Below are positions 1-13,580 of a stretch of DNA of 64,000 nucleotides, piece after piece. Position numbers and translations under genes: made by a program. The notes under the pieces are model-generated. The model was not told where the DNA came from and made no database searches. It saw only the letters and a program-made list of their open reading frames with translations. The stretch is from Octopus vulgaris (taxonomy: Eukaryota), in the NCBI GenBank assembly GCA_951406725.2, contig OX597833.1, positions 26,970,001 to 27,034,000 of the forward strand. The letters are read 5' to 3'. Each line of letters begins with the position of its first letter. Positions within the stretch are counted from its first letter, which is position 1.

Positions 1-67
<67 letters not shown>

Positions 68-249
68 GAGAGATAGTGGATGTAATATTATCGATAATGG
101 CATGAAATTACGTTTGACGCTCTGGCTGATAACTGATGAGGAATTTGTGACCAGCGTTTGTTCTCCGTCGGTCTGTGCGTCTGTGCATTCAGTGCATTTA
201 TAATGTTTTCTGTCCGTTTGTTTATTACTATACATTTTGACTTCTGAAA

Positions 250-280
<31 letters not shown>

Positions 281-455
281 TGTATGTATGTATGTATGTA
301 TGCATGTATGCATGTATGTATGTATGCATGTATGTATGTATGTACGTATGTATGCATGTATGTATGTATGTATGTGTATGTATGTATGTATGTATGCATG
401 TATGTATGTATGCATGCATGTTTGTATCTATATATGTATGTACATACACATACAT
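250..455. repeat. (TATG)n/(TGCA) compound microsatellite
   Basis: Direct reading; source of the MYVC/HTYI ORFs. Confidence 0.95.
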
Positions 456-458
456 AAG

Positions 459-783
459 GGAATGCATAGTGTTCAGTGGTTGGAGGTATTTGGTTAGCGA
501 TCGTAAGATCGTGGGTTCGATATACGAAGCTGTGTTGTGTCCTTCAGCAAGTCACTTTACTGCACTTTGCTTTATTCCAGTTAGCTGGCAAAAATGAGTT
601 CTACCTGTAATTAAAATGGGCCAGAATTGTCACATTTCGTGTCCCATCGAATTTCTCTGAAGACTAGGTTAACGGTACGCGTGCCTATGGAGTGTTCAGC
701 CACTTGTACGTTAACTTCACGTGCAGGACGTTCCGGTGATCGTGTCAACTGGAACCCTCACCGTCGAAACCGACAGAATGTCG
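459..783 (+). mobile_element. tRNA-derived SINE, family B (CORE-like)
   Basis: A/B-box-like head (CAGTGGTT...GGTTCGAT), TGTGTCCTTCAGCAAGTCACTT core-like motif; homologous to 5117-5432 and 39194-39477. Confidence 0.8.
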
Positions 784-1625
784 GTTAAACACACATATTC
801 TTTCCCTCGCACATATTTCATGTTACTTGATTCGCAGTGTACCTACACTTATATATGCATGTGTATGTGTGTGTGTATGTGTGTGTGGGTGTGTGTGAAG
901 TCACATTCCTTCTTCGTGTTGCTGATCATTCGACTGAAATCATTTTCCCAATAACAAAGCAAAGCACATTTCTCCTTTATTTCATTTTCTTCCCTCCTTC
1001 TTTCCTTTTTTCTTCTTCTGTTCACTCTCAATTATTCTACTTTCTACACATTAAATATAATTTCTTAAAATCGATGTGAACATCAAACTAATTATTGTAA
1101 CTGGTTTTTACTTTGTAATCTGTGTCGTTATTTTTCGTGCTAATTTTGAAATTGTGTCTGTGTGTGCATATATACACACACGTGCGTGTGTGTGAGTGTG
1201 TGTGTGTGTGTGTGTATACAATCAAAATAAGCAAAAGGATACCAAGAAATGCTACAGTACGACCGTTTCAAGCGCTCCATTTAATTGAACAATGCAAGCA
1301 TTACATCAATTTAAATACAGTGCTATCATCAGCTGCACAAATAGAATTTTAATCAATTGGACACATTAATACAATTTTTCTCAAATACTTTAACAAAGCA
1401 AGAAGATGGAAGAAATCCATGTTGTCGCTATTGTATCTAAGAATATATTACACTTCCAAGAAAGGCATGAAGCTTACTGGGGTTATAGCTTGTAAAGGAT
1501 TGTGGTTCATTTCTAATTTATTTGTCTTTTATCAACTACTAAATCTAAGACTAGAGAGCTGTGTCTGTTTGGAACGAAGGGCAAGAATGAGTTGACAGTT
1601 GGCTATATATATATATATATATAAG

Positions 1626-1864
1626 AGTTATCGCCAAGCTAATATGGCAGTCAATAAATATAAGACTATAGCTGCCGTTGATTAGCTCCAAGAGGCCATC
1701 GCCTCTAGCTAGCTATATGAAACACGCACCTGTGTCCATTATAACCTTCGAACAGGGGAAGTCAGCCGCTTCCCCTTGCTGGTCAGGCATCTGCAGACAT
1801 GTTTCAAGGTAACGGCAGCTATAGTCTTATATTTATGGACTGCCATATTAGCTTGGCGATAACT
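1626..1864. repeat. Fold-back element with 54-bp inverted arms (1626-1679 / 1811-1864), next to (TA)n
   Basis: AGTTATCGCCAAGCTAATATGGCAGTC...GCTGCCGTT and its reverse complement with one mismatch; spacer resembles 28412-28500. Confidence 0.85.
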
Positions 1865-2034
1865 GTTCATTTCCAGTACCGCTGCCGTAGTCTCCTTCAG
1901 AGAGACTTAGAAATTTATATTTCTATTTTTGAAAACCAGTGGATGTATTCCACTGAAATTAGGTAAATAACCCTTCGAACAGACGGTCAGCAGCAACGCC
2001 TGCTGGTTTTGGCTACTCTGCATTGATAAAAGGC

Positions 2035-2333
2035 AAACACCGCTAATTTACAGAGACGTAAACACACTAAGACCGGTTGTCAAGCGATGGTGAGGGAACA
2101 AACACAGACACAAAGACACACACACATAAATGCATGCTCTCTCTCACACACACACACATAGATATATATAAGACGGGCTTCTTTCAGTTTCCCTTAACCA
2201 AATCCACTCACAAAGCTTTTATCGGCCCGAGGCTATAATAAGAGACGCTTGCCCAAAGTGCCACACAGTGGGACTGAACCCGGAACCATGTGGTTAGGAA
2301 ACAATCTTCTTACCACACAGCTATGTCTGCGCC
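2035..2333 (-). mobile_element. tRNA-derived CORE-like SINE, family A
   Basis: Same sequence as the 41396-41796 copy (GGGACTGAACCCGGAACCATGTGG; CCAAATCCACTCACAA). Confidence 0.85.
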
Positions 2334-2763
2334 TAAGCGTAAAAATCTCAGCATTTTTGAATTTTAACTAATATCTGAGAAGAATTATTCCTATGTAAAT
2401 TGTAACTGATTTATTAGTTCTTCTGGACAATCAAGGAGAATATCATGCACATCCTCATGTGAGCTGCAAGATAACCAACGACAGTGATAAACATATGAAA
2501 CTGCTTGTAACCTGCTGTCACCTTGCTCTATATAAGATTGTTAGGTATCAAATCACTTGTCTTATGCATGATTAGAAGACTCATTGTGTTAGATGAAGTC
2601 TATAAAATGTATATGTCTGTCGTATTACGAAGCTGCGTATTGCGGCTTCATTTGTTAAGACACAAATAATGTTTCTGCTAATTATTTGTCTTTAAGTTTG
2701 TTTCTTTATGTATTTGTTTTTCATTCACACTCCCACATCTTTCAGCGCGTGCGCGTACGCACA

Positions 2764-2794
<31 letters not shown>

Positions 2795-3289
2795 CACAAC
2801 ATTTAAACATCAGACTTACCCATGCAACATATTTAATGTAGTATTCTGAGAAATTATTATTAACGAAATTTAACTGCACCCCAACCCCCAGTCCTTTCAA
2901 TAGACAGTTTTACTTTTATCAAAACCATTGGTCCTCATCTTGGGTTCATATGGCCCATGGACTTTTGTATTAGTGGGACTGAATCCGGAACCATGTGCAA
3001 TGAATTGGTTATATTTCCCCAATACACAAAGCATTTTAACAATTTTCTTTGCACAATTTTTAATAATATGTAATTATAAAAAATGTAATTGGATGATTTT
3101 TTTTAAAGATCGGATGCCGAGTATGGTTCATCCTAGTGAAATAAGAATAAAAAGGGTTCAGAAATAGAGTATAGTTGAGAATCAGTTAGATTCTAAGCTC
3201 TTATGGAAAGCAAAATTATCAAGTTTCTGTTTTATTTCCTCTCCATAGTTTTCTGGACCGGTGTATTGTCAACTACTTTTTTTTTTACG

Positions 3290-4000
3290 TGTTTTTCTAG
3301 TTAGACAGTCATCTTAATGTCTTTGCTATATTTATCAGTAATAGCGAAGATGCTCTTAACTTCAGGCCCGTTTGCATCATATGATTTCAGGTCTTCCGTG
3401 AACAGAAAATCATTAACGATCGTGATCCACTCTCTTATATATGTAAATTTGGCCTTTTCTTCCGTGTCATTCAAGAGTAGCAATCATAGAATATCAGGAA
3501 TAGCAGATAGAATATCACCTTCGGATATATCAATTGATATTCATGTGAGACTGGCTGTAAAAGATAAGGTATTGATATAGACCACTAAATACCACATCGT
3601 TATTCTTTTATAGAATTTCACTACATCCTCATATCATGTAGAATTGCCGATGTCATATAAATGATGAGAAGTGTATCGCTGCAGTCTTCCTTTGTCAAAG
3701 AGTAGCGAATAGCTTTCCTCTGTTTGGCTGTTATGGCGGAAGAAGCGGTATGATGTCAAAATCAGATAGGATGGAGCAATGATTTTCCTTATAAAAATTT
3801 TCACGTGCTGCAGAGGAAAGTGAGGCTGGAGAATGCCCAAGCATAAATTTACGGACAGTTGAGTAAGAGTGCGAGTTGTGCCTAAGTGTAAGTGTCCACT
3901 CTGTGCACGCAACAGTGAGGCAGAGACAAGACCTGGAGTACGGGACGTACTTTCCATAGCCAGAATAATGGGGGATGTGTAGGGCTTCATATCTGACCCT
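3290..4000 (-). pseudogene. Degenerate non-LTR retrotransposon reverse transcriptase (R4/Dong-like)
   Basis: ORF 3301-3483 IVNDFLFTEDLKSYD...ITDKYSKDIKM resembles the RT motif INHLLFMDDLKLY...FSxDIGM; upstream ISEGDILS resembles IFQGDSLS. Confidence 0.5.
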
Positions 4001-5039
4001 TGTTTAGATGGCGGCACCTCTATTGTTTCTCATTATTTTTTTTCCGTATTCCGTGTAAACACTCCCGATCTCTTTATAATTTGCCCTTGTAATTACCATC
4101 TATCAGCCATTGTAAGAGAAACCATTATCATTAGTAGTAGTAGCAGTCGTAGTGCTCTGATATCAAGGAAATGGACTGACATAAATAATGGACTCTAGTG
4201 TTGGTTAGCCCCTTCAAATTTGTCTGTTCAATTTCTGCCTAATCATTATATTTTTGTTATTTATTATTTGTTCTTTTATATATTTATGTATTAATTTATT
4301 TATGTATATATTTATTTATGTATTTATTTACGTATTTATTTACTTAAGTATTTATTTATTTGACTTTCCTGGTCTGTTGTTCGGGTTGTATAAAATTAGT
4401 TGTACTTGTCAATTCTCCTTCACGTGTGCGTAAGAGTGCATGAGCTTTTGTGTGCCTGTGTATGAGAGAGAGAGAGAGAGGAAGAGAGAGAGCGTGTGTG
4501 TGTGTGTGTGGTTTAGGTAGGAGAATAGAGTGGATTTTTATAGTTTTTGTTTTTTTTTCATATCTATTTTTGGTGTATTTGCATTTATTTATTTGTGAAA
4601 CTGATCATCTAAGTAAAGATGTAAACAAAGACAGCTTGAATTATCCCCCTTGCAACTTACGCGTTTTTAACAAATGATAAAACACGCTAACAATGTGGAG
4701 TTGTCAATAATTGTTCCTGGTTAGGGACCAGGTCAGCAATTTTCAGTGGAGGAGGTTAGCCGATTACAGTGGCGTTATAGTGGCGGGGAAAGATTCACTA
4801 CAACGACAATGATGATGATGATGATGATATTTACCGCAAAGATAACCGTATTATTTGTAAGAAAAATGCAAGACCGTAAGATATAATTTTTTTGAGGTGT
4901 GCGTGTTGGTGGAGAATACTAACGGTATTAGTAGTACGGTATTAGTAGTACTAGTAGTACTGACTTTATTTCATTAACCCTCGACCTGATTTGGACCTAA
5001 AACTTACTCAAATGATTCACCCATCTATCGCTTTTCATT

Positions 5040-5660
<621 letters not shown>

Positions 5661-6575
5661 GCAATAATAATCGAGCTAGTGGTAATTATTGCTGTTGATG
5701 TCTGTGATGATACTTATGTTATTGCTGTAGATGGTGGTTTTGTTGTAACTTAACCCCATATCAACCTTAAAAAATCCGTCTCCTTTTTTTATTATTCTCC
5801 CATTCCAGGATTTATTTACACCAGACTACAATATGTTATAGTTGTTGTTGTTGTTTGAGAAACATTGGCCCTACAGTTTCCAATCTATTCCTAATTACGG
5901 ACCCTTTTTATAGAAATGAATTTCCCTTTGATCCAAGGCTTTTTCTTTAAAGGGTCGGTCTACTCAATAATCCAGTTATATGAAATAAATATGTTTATGT
6001 AACTTAATCCTTATACATTTCACACCTCGGCTTTCTTAATGTTTTGAACACAGCTCACGGTACCTCACTAGTATGCTTTCAGACCTCACCCTACCTATGC
6101 TCCTGAGAACCAAGTATAGGGTCGCTACTGCAGGGGGGGGGGATCCTGAAGAGTATTGGTTTTTCTTTCGAGCACTTTCAGTCACTTTGAAGAGGATCTT
6201 TGCTTGATTCGAATTTATTGGAATTGTAATGTAGAATTTGTTGTTGAGTTGTAGATTTTATTGCTACTGCTGTAGCTGCTGTTGAGCTAATAGAAAATTT
6301 AATTAATCTTTTGACTAATTATATTTATGCGCTTAAATTTAATTTTAATGCCACACCAATGTATATTTATATATTGATATATGTATCTACGTAGATCTGA
6401 CGCCAAAATAATATATATATGTGTATGTGTGTGCATAACCGCGTGTTTGTGCGTACGTGCATGCGTATAACTGAATGTATGAACTTTTGAATGTATGCGA
6501 ATGAGACAAGGATATATCCATGTATGCATTTAATTTCACATGCGTATGCCTAGACTCGTACTAACATACAGACAG

Positions 6576-6576
<1 letters not shown>

Positions 6577-6669
<93 letters not shown>
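6577..6669. repeat. (GATA)n microsatellite
   Basis: Direct reading. Confidence 0.95.
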
Positions 6670-6671
<2 letters not shown>

Positions 6672-7221
6672 CGGTACAAGTGTGTATGGGCGCAAATGGT
6701 TTATAAGACTTATTTAAATAAACACCGTTATATACAAGCTGAATGTACTACCTGAGGGGCGCACTAAATTAATCTTACTTCTTTATGTATATATATGTGT
6801 ATCCCAGTGAGTGTATAGTTTTTTTATGCATATATTACGCATGCAACATTTACTTCAAACTTTATACACACGAGCATTAGTGGATGTGTTTTTACATTTG
6901 TATTGTGGATATGTGTATCTATGTATGTACCGATGTATGTGTGTGTGCGTGTGTACACTCATACACGCGCATAATATATAAACAGTTACGATGCAGCGAT
7001 ATAATAGAGCCCACCAGTGTATAGTAATAAAGGTAAAATCTAATTAACCTATCTTTTATTTCAATATTTGCAGTAAGTAGTAGTGGTGGTAGTAGTAGTT
7101 ATGAACTGTTGGGGTTAGATATATACGCATATACATAAAAACGTGTCTTAGTATGTGTATTTGTATGTATGTGTGTGCGTATAAATATATATATATGCAT
7201 ATTTGTGTGTACGTGCGGGTA

Positions 7222-7305
<84 letters not shown>

Positions 7306-8232
7306 ATGTATGTATTTATCTATATTACCATACACGTGTATGTGTATATACATGTATATTTGTATATATGTCTGTGTGTGTATATATGTGTGTATGTACA
7401 AATATACATCTATGTGTATATAAATGTATATATGTATACACGTGAATATGTATATATATGAATGTATATGCATATGTATATATATATATATATGTATGTA
7501 TATGTATGTCTCTGTGGGTGGGTGTATAATACGAAGGTTATCAATCAGCTTCGTTCCAAGTTACTCGAGTGTGTTCATAACATTGCAATGGATACAACAA
7601 CTGTTAAAGGTACAACTATTGCACACCTTTAAGCAGGAAAGGAAAAAATGTTAGTCCTTTTACGAAAAGCACCACACTGTTAGGTTATTGACATCGAAAT
7701 AAAATTACGAAATTGGGTCAAACACCAGAAACGGAGATAGACTGTTAAAGGGAGATAAATTCGATTGTCTTCTATAGAAAATTAGATATAATTTTACATT
7801 TTTCTCTCTCTTTTCCCGTTATTTAATTTTGAAAATAGTTTAGAAATTGCCTGTATTCTGCTGGTAATGGATTAGTTTGCTTGGAGGGGAGTAGAATTTG
7901 TGATACTCATTTATTCGTTAATAAAATTACGTTATTGAGGTAATTTACTTGAAAGCAGTATTGGGTAAACATTAAAACGATCTTTAGTTATTATTTTGTT
8001 AAGGAGGGAAGATAGTGGCTCCGAGATTGGTGGTGGTGGGGGGGGATGAAGGAAGATACTTATAAAACAGAAACTTGGCCTGAATCCATACAACAGAATG
8101 AATTCTGCTAATGGTACCCAAAGAAGGTGCCAGGTGGTGACATCAAACAATACCAGGGTATGTTTTTGTGTGTGTGTGTGTGTGTGTGTCTGTGTGTGTG
8201 TATCTGTGTATGTATATATGCATCTGTCTATC

Positions 8233-8362
<130 letters not shown>

Positions 8363-9642
8363 TGTATGTATGTATGTATGTATGTATTTGAGAGCCCCGA
8401 TGTGACCAAAGAATCGACTACAAACCAGAAGCATATGGCTTCCTCTCACGACACCCAGTATGGGTTCAGATCAGAGAGAGAGAGAGAGAATACGTAATAG
8501 GAATAATATGATGGGGAAAATTGTCACCCAACTACACAGGAGGGAGCAGAATCCGGCTTCATAATACGCGCCCATCCTTGCCAGTTCTATTCAGGGCTTG
8601 CCCACCTTGTTCACCACCACAGTATATTTAAAGCAAATGCTCTGCTGCCCAACAATAATGTCAATGTTGGTCACTACCACCAGGGCCAGGATAACCAGAG
8701 ACAAATTAGGATTTTGTACCATCACTGTGGTAACCTCCGAGGGATCCACCCAGATCTAACTATGACCTCTACTTTTCACCTTCTGGTGCTCGTTTCTCAG
8801 AGTGTTTGAGCTTGATCCGCAAGAGCTTCGACTGGATCATACAATTCAATTAAGTATTGACTGATATGCACTTTATACATCAGAGAGGACTGCAATGTGA
8901 TCTTGCATTATACGGCATCTGATAGTGGACTTTGCCCTCTTCAGATGCTCGGCGTTGCCCCCTATCGACTTGTTGGAGCTGCCTTAGATTTGCTAAGCAA
9001 ATTCAACCCTCCTAACAGCCTCTAACTGTCTTTCTTATATTCATGCATGACACGCTACCGCCAGAATCAACCTGTTTTCTTTTTTCCAATTCTGAACACG
9101 AAGTGGCTCTCCAAGAAACTGGTAATCTGCAAACTTTGTGAGTGGTACCGAGACCCACAAGTGTTTTTATTCCTCCTGACCGACTGGAATTTGCTCTGTT
9201 AATACTGTAGAAACGTCTGAAAGAGAACTGAAGAAGTTAAAACGTGACGTACACACACTGACTTGCATTTAATTTAAATCTTCTAGTTTCTTTGTTAATC
9301 TATCTCTTGTTGTTCTTGTTGTTGCTGTTCCTATTGTTGCTGCTACAGTTGTTTTTTGTGTTTGATTAAATGCAGGTCAGCCATAGTTGAAAAAGCATAT
9401 CAATGACGTATCAAATATGACCGTCTCTCGAAAATTAGTAACTATGTTAAGCGAAATCTGATTGTTATGTTTAGCAGTTGAGGTGAGTGTGTGAAGCTTC
9501 TCTTAATTACAGGAGGCGATGTTGTTGTTGCTGGTAGTGTTCGTTTTTGTAGTTCCCTCTTTTATTCTTCTAGCTAGGCAACTTATTTATGTATTTTGTG
9601 TCATTACTGTATTTGTTGTTGTTATTGCTTCAGCTGCTGCTG

Positions 9643-9674
<32 letters not shown>

Positions 9675-12510
9675 AATGAAGGTGTGTGGCTTCTGTTGCT
9701 CAATGGTCTCTTACAACAACAGTATATAACAATCTCCAAATTCAAAATTTAGCCGATGACATGTCGGTGAAAAGAGCGAGAAAAGAGGTGTACCAATTAC
9801 GAAATTAATACTTTCACCATAGATACCCCACCCCATCTGAATCTTACCATACCTGAATCTTAAGAACGTACCCAAAGTAAACACACACGGGTTTACAAAG
9901 GAGAAGATAAAAAAAAATATTCCTTCCCAAATTTTCAAATTTATATACCAAAAATATGCATGGATGGAATAAGAAAGGATGGGGAGAGATGAGACTAAAA
10001 TTAGACACTGTGTACTAAATATGTGAATGCATTGGTAATGCAGTCCTGTTGATGCAGGAGATCCTCAAACTAGAATCCAGTTAACGAATCACAGATCTGA
10101 CATAACCGTGTCTAACAAGGACTTAGATACTTTCTCCATCCGAGCCATGTAATTTTCTCCTCTTAGGAAATACGCGTTTAATTTCCCGTAGCTAAGTGCT
10201 TGTCGATTGTTCTTATGCAACTTAAAAGATCAGATCATAAGCTTGTGATTCCAACCACCATCAATGTAGACAACGTAGGTGAACACTACCGGTTAAACTA
10301 GCGAACCCTCTAAATGCGACCAGGATGACTTGCTGTGTTTTGTCCATTTCTGCACTAGCCACTCAAGACATCCAGATAACAACAGTTGGACAATTGGAAT
10401 TTATTGAGCAGGTTTGCGAGACTTCTGTACTTCCATTCCCTTCAGCAAAAATGAACAATCCCTGCGTGCGTCTATGATACCATTCCAAAGCTAATTATAT
10501 AATTTTAGGAATGCCTTCAGAAGTCAAGCATCCCTAAGGTTATGTGTGCATGTTGTTGTTGTTGCTGTTGTTGTCGTTGTTATTGTTGTTGTTGTGGTGG
10601 TGGTGGTTTGTGTGTGTAGGTGTGTATGAGTTGTTGCATTTGTGTGTCTATTTTAGTATAAGTTGTTTTTTTTTAGGAAGATGCCTCTGTTGCGCAAGCA
10701 CTCGGAGTTAAGGCATTTTATTAAAAATTACGTCATCTCAATTTCCCTCACCTCAAAGATAGTCATATCACGTACGCGTGAAAGCAGTGTTGCTTTGCTA
10801 AAAAATGTGATCCAGTATGTTTATAAATTTGGTCATACAGCATAAGACAATCTATTATGAACGTACATGTAGATATTTAGACTTGTGATATGCGTTCAGT
10901 TTTAATGGTGCAGTCGTCGTTGAAAATTATTTTTCATTTATATATATATATATTAATATTGACTACCTCAGTTAGGGAAAGAAGCTCAGTGCTCATGACT
11001 TTATATTTTGTAAATGTAGAACTTGTTCGCAAAGCAGAGGCCTGGACCGAATGCTTACAAGAATGCAAACCCAACGAAAGACACCAAAGGACCAGGTACG
11101 AGTGCTAAAGTTGGTGACAATTTAAGTCTATCACCTACGAAATCAGAATCTAATTAGTCAGTAAAAATCTCACAAGGTATTTTGTCCGCCCTTGTAACAA
11201 TCTTTCTAATCCAATGCCATGGGCTGAGATTGTATATTACTGGTCCCGGAAGGTAAATAGAAAAGTAGAGCTTCACAGGATTTGAGAGAGCCAGAACAAA
11301 TAGGCAAGATATTTTGTCCCCCGCTATAATAACTGCTAATCTGACTTCATATATTATTATGGTTTAATTTTACATAAACGCATTCAATAAAATTAGCCCA
11401 TGGACAAGTATAGAGATACAATTTTCCATGAAATATTGCACAAGCATTGTTATAGTAAATATTTCGATTCTTCTTTGAGAAATCCATCAACGTACGGCAT
11501 TATCATTTATACAAATGAAAAAAAATATGAACAAACATTTCTTCGTGAGTTCTGGTTTAATTAGCTGACTGGGAACTTAGTATATATGTACAAATGCTCT
11601 TTGTCTACATCCGCATAGCAAATATAACATCGTCTTATTGAACGATCAAATAATCGAATCATGCCAGCAACAACACTATTGTGCCTTGTGAATTAGATTT
11701 TCTTTAAGATTAGTATTGCATATGATCAAAGTTCATACTTTGTAACTGTATGATTAATAAGATGATTGTTAGTTTTAACTTACAAAGCCCCAGCGTCACC
11801 GTGATCGAACAGATTTATGATCGATGATGTTCCAGCCATGATTATCCGATTTCTATTTAGATGATATAAATCAATACATATGTTTCCTTTTCATGACACG
11901 GTAGAGTGTGAATTGAGAAAATTTCGGTTCTTAATTGAAGCAAGTTGAGGACTGCATGTACAAGTTTCTATCGATGTACATACATGCACACACTATACAC
12001 ACACGCGCGCGGACACGTGTGAGTATATGTGCGCATGTTCGTATGTATGTATGTATGTGTATATATGTCCGTGCAACATCGATATTCATTCCTGTGTTTG
12101 TGAAATTTTGTATGTCTGCCGTAAGGCTTCATTTCCACACGCACCAGCTTAATTCAATTCGTCCTTAGTTGAAAGACACCTGTTGTTATGTCCTGTTATT
12201 ATTTTTTTTTGTATTTTTTATTGTATTTATTTTTGTCCGTGTTTTCCGTCCTTCTTTTTGTATACATTCGCTGCTTTCTTCCAAGGAATCTAATGCTCTT
12301 AGCTTAGTTTTCCCTTGCCGCTGGCCAGATTGGAGCAATCTCAAGAAGAATCAGCCGAAATTGCGAGACTAATCTGGTGCTTGACTGAGGAAAGAAAACT
12401 TCGAATGACCCATCCTTGTTTTCTATGTATTGTCTATCTGAATGTTTTGTTGTTCTCTTTTGTATCACCTAGCTGTCCGAATGTTTTGCGTTCTTGTCCC
12501 ATCATTTTGT

Positions 12511-12552
<42 letters not shown>

Positions 12553-12555
12553 TAT

Positions 12556-12617
<62 letters not shown>

Positions 12618-13580
12618 TGATAGATATACATATATATATAGATAGATATATATGCATATTTTATAGATATATATATGCATGTATGTATGTACGAGGGGGA
12701 GTCAAAAATTATATTATATATCATATATATATATATATACTAGCAGAATTGCCCGGTGATGCTCGGGGCTGAATTGCTTGAAAGTACTGTTAATGATTGC
12801 ACTGAATTATGATGATTATTCAGGCAAATATTGATATAAGTTTACGGCGAATGAATGTATTTGTAAGTGTATAGAAAGTCGTGTAAAGGGGTTCCTACCC
12901 CCTCGTAGAATGGTGTAAGAATTGAATGCGAGGTTGCCTTGAAAAGAGCCATGTTATTGTTCTCATAATTGTAAGAATTTGATAGTCGTGGAAGGCGGTG
13001 TAAAACGTTCGCAGGTGAATAGGGTCTCTTCGTTTTCCACGAACGGCAGCGGATGTGCTGTTACAAAACTTCATGCTGTGTTAAAAGAGAATGGATGCCC
13101 TATGTAGGCAAGAGGGGAATGAAGCATGGGTAAGTAAATATGGGTAATTTATAAAATATAGAACAATAGCATCTACTCACCATATGTCAGACCGGCAAGA
13201 CTGTAGTGGTGCTGAATAGATGAATCACAACACAATGGTGGAGATGTTTTCATTGATGGGCGTTATGATTAAATTTGTTGTTGTATAAAATGATCTGTTG
13301 CTTAGTTTCCAAAGTGTATGTTGCGATCGTGTTATCGCTCATGTAAACTTTAACAGTGAGAGTGTAGATGTAGGGGGTAGATGAGTCATGTACGTTGGAT
13401 ATAGAAGATGAGGCTGGTGGTTTGATGATGAATGGATAGAAATAGAGGTGAGCGAAGGACAGGTTTTGGTTAAGTGAGAATTAATGTCATGAAACGCCTA
13501 AAAATGTAAATGCCATCATAAAAGAGAGTCGTATGTAAGTGAAATACTAACGTGTTCGAAAATGATGAAACGTGGTAATC

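Noticed and set aside
7590-7645. Hairpin TTAAAGGT...ACCTTTAA with hammerhead-like spacing on the minus strand
   Set aside because: Both core boxes have multiple mismatches
10020-10540. Possible ancient Gypsy RT (EHYRLN, GMPSEVK)
   Set aside because: Only two weak motif echoes across broken frames; not supportable by eye
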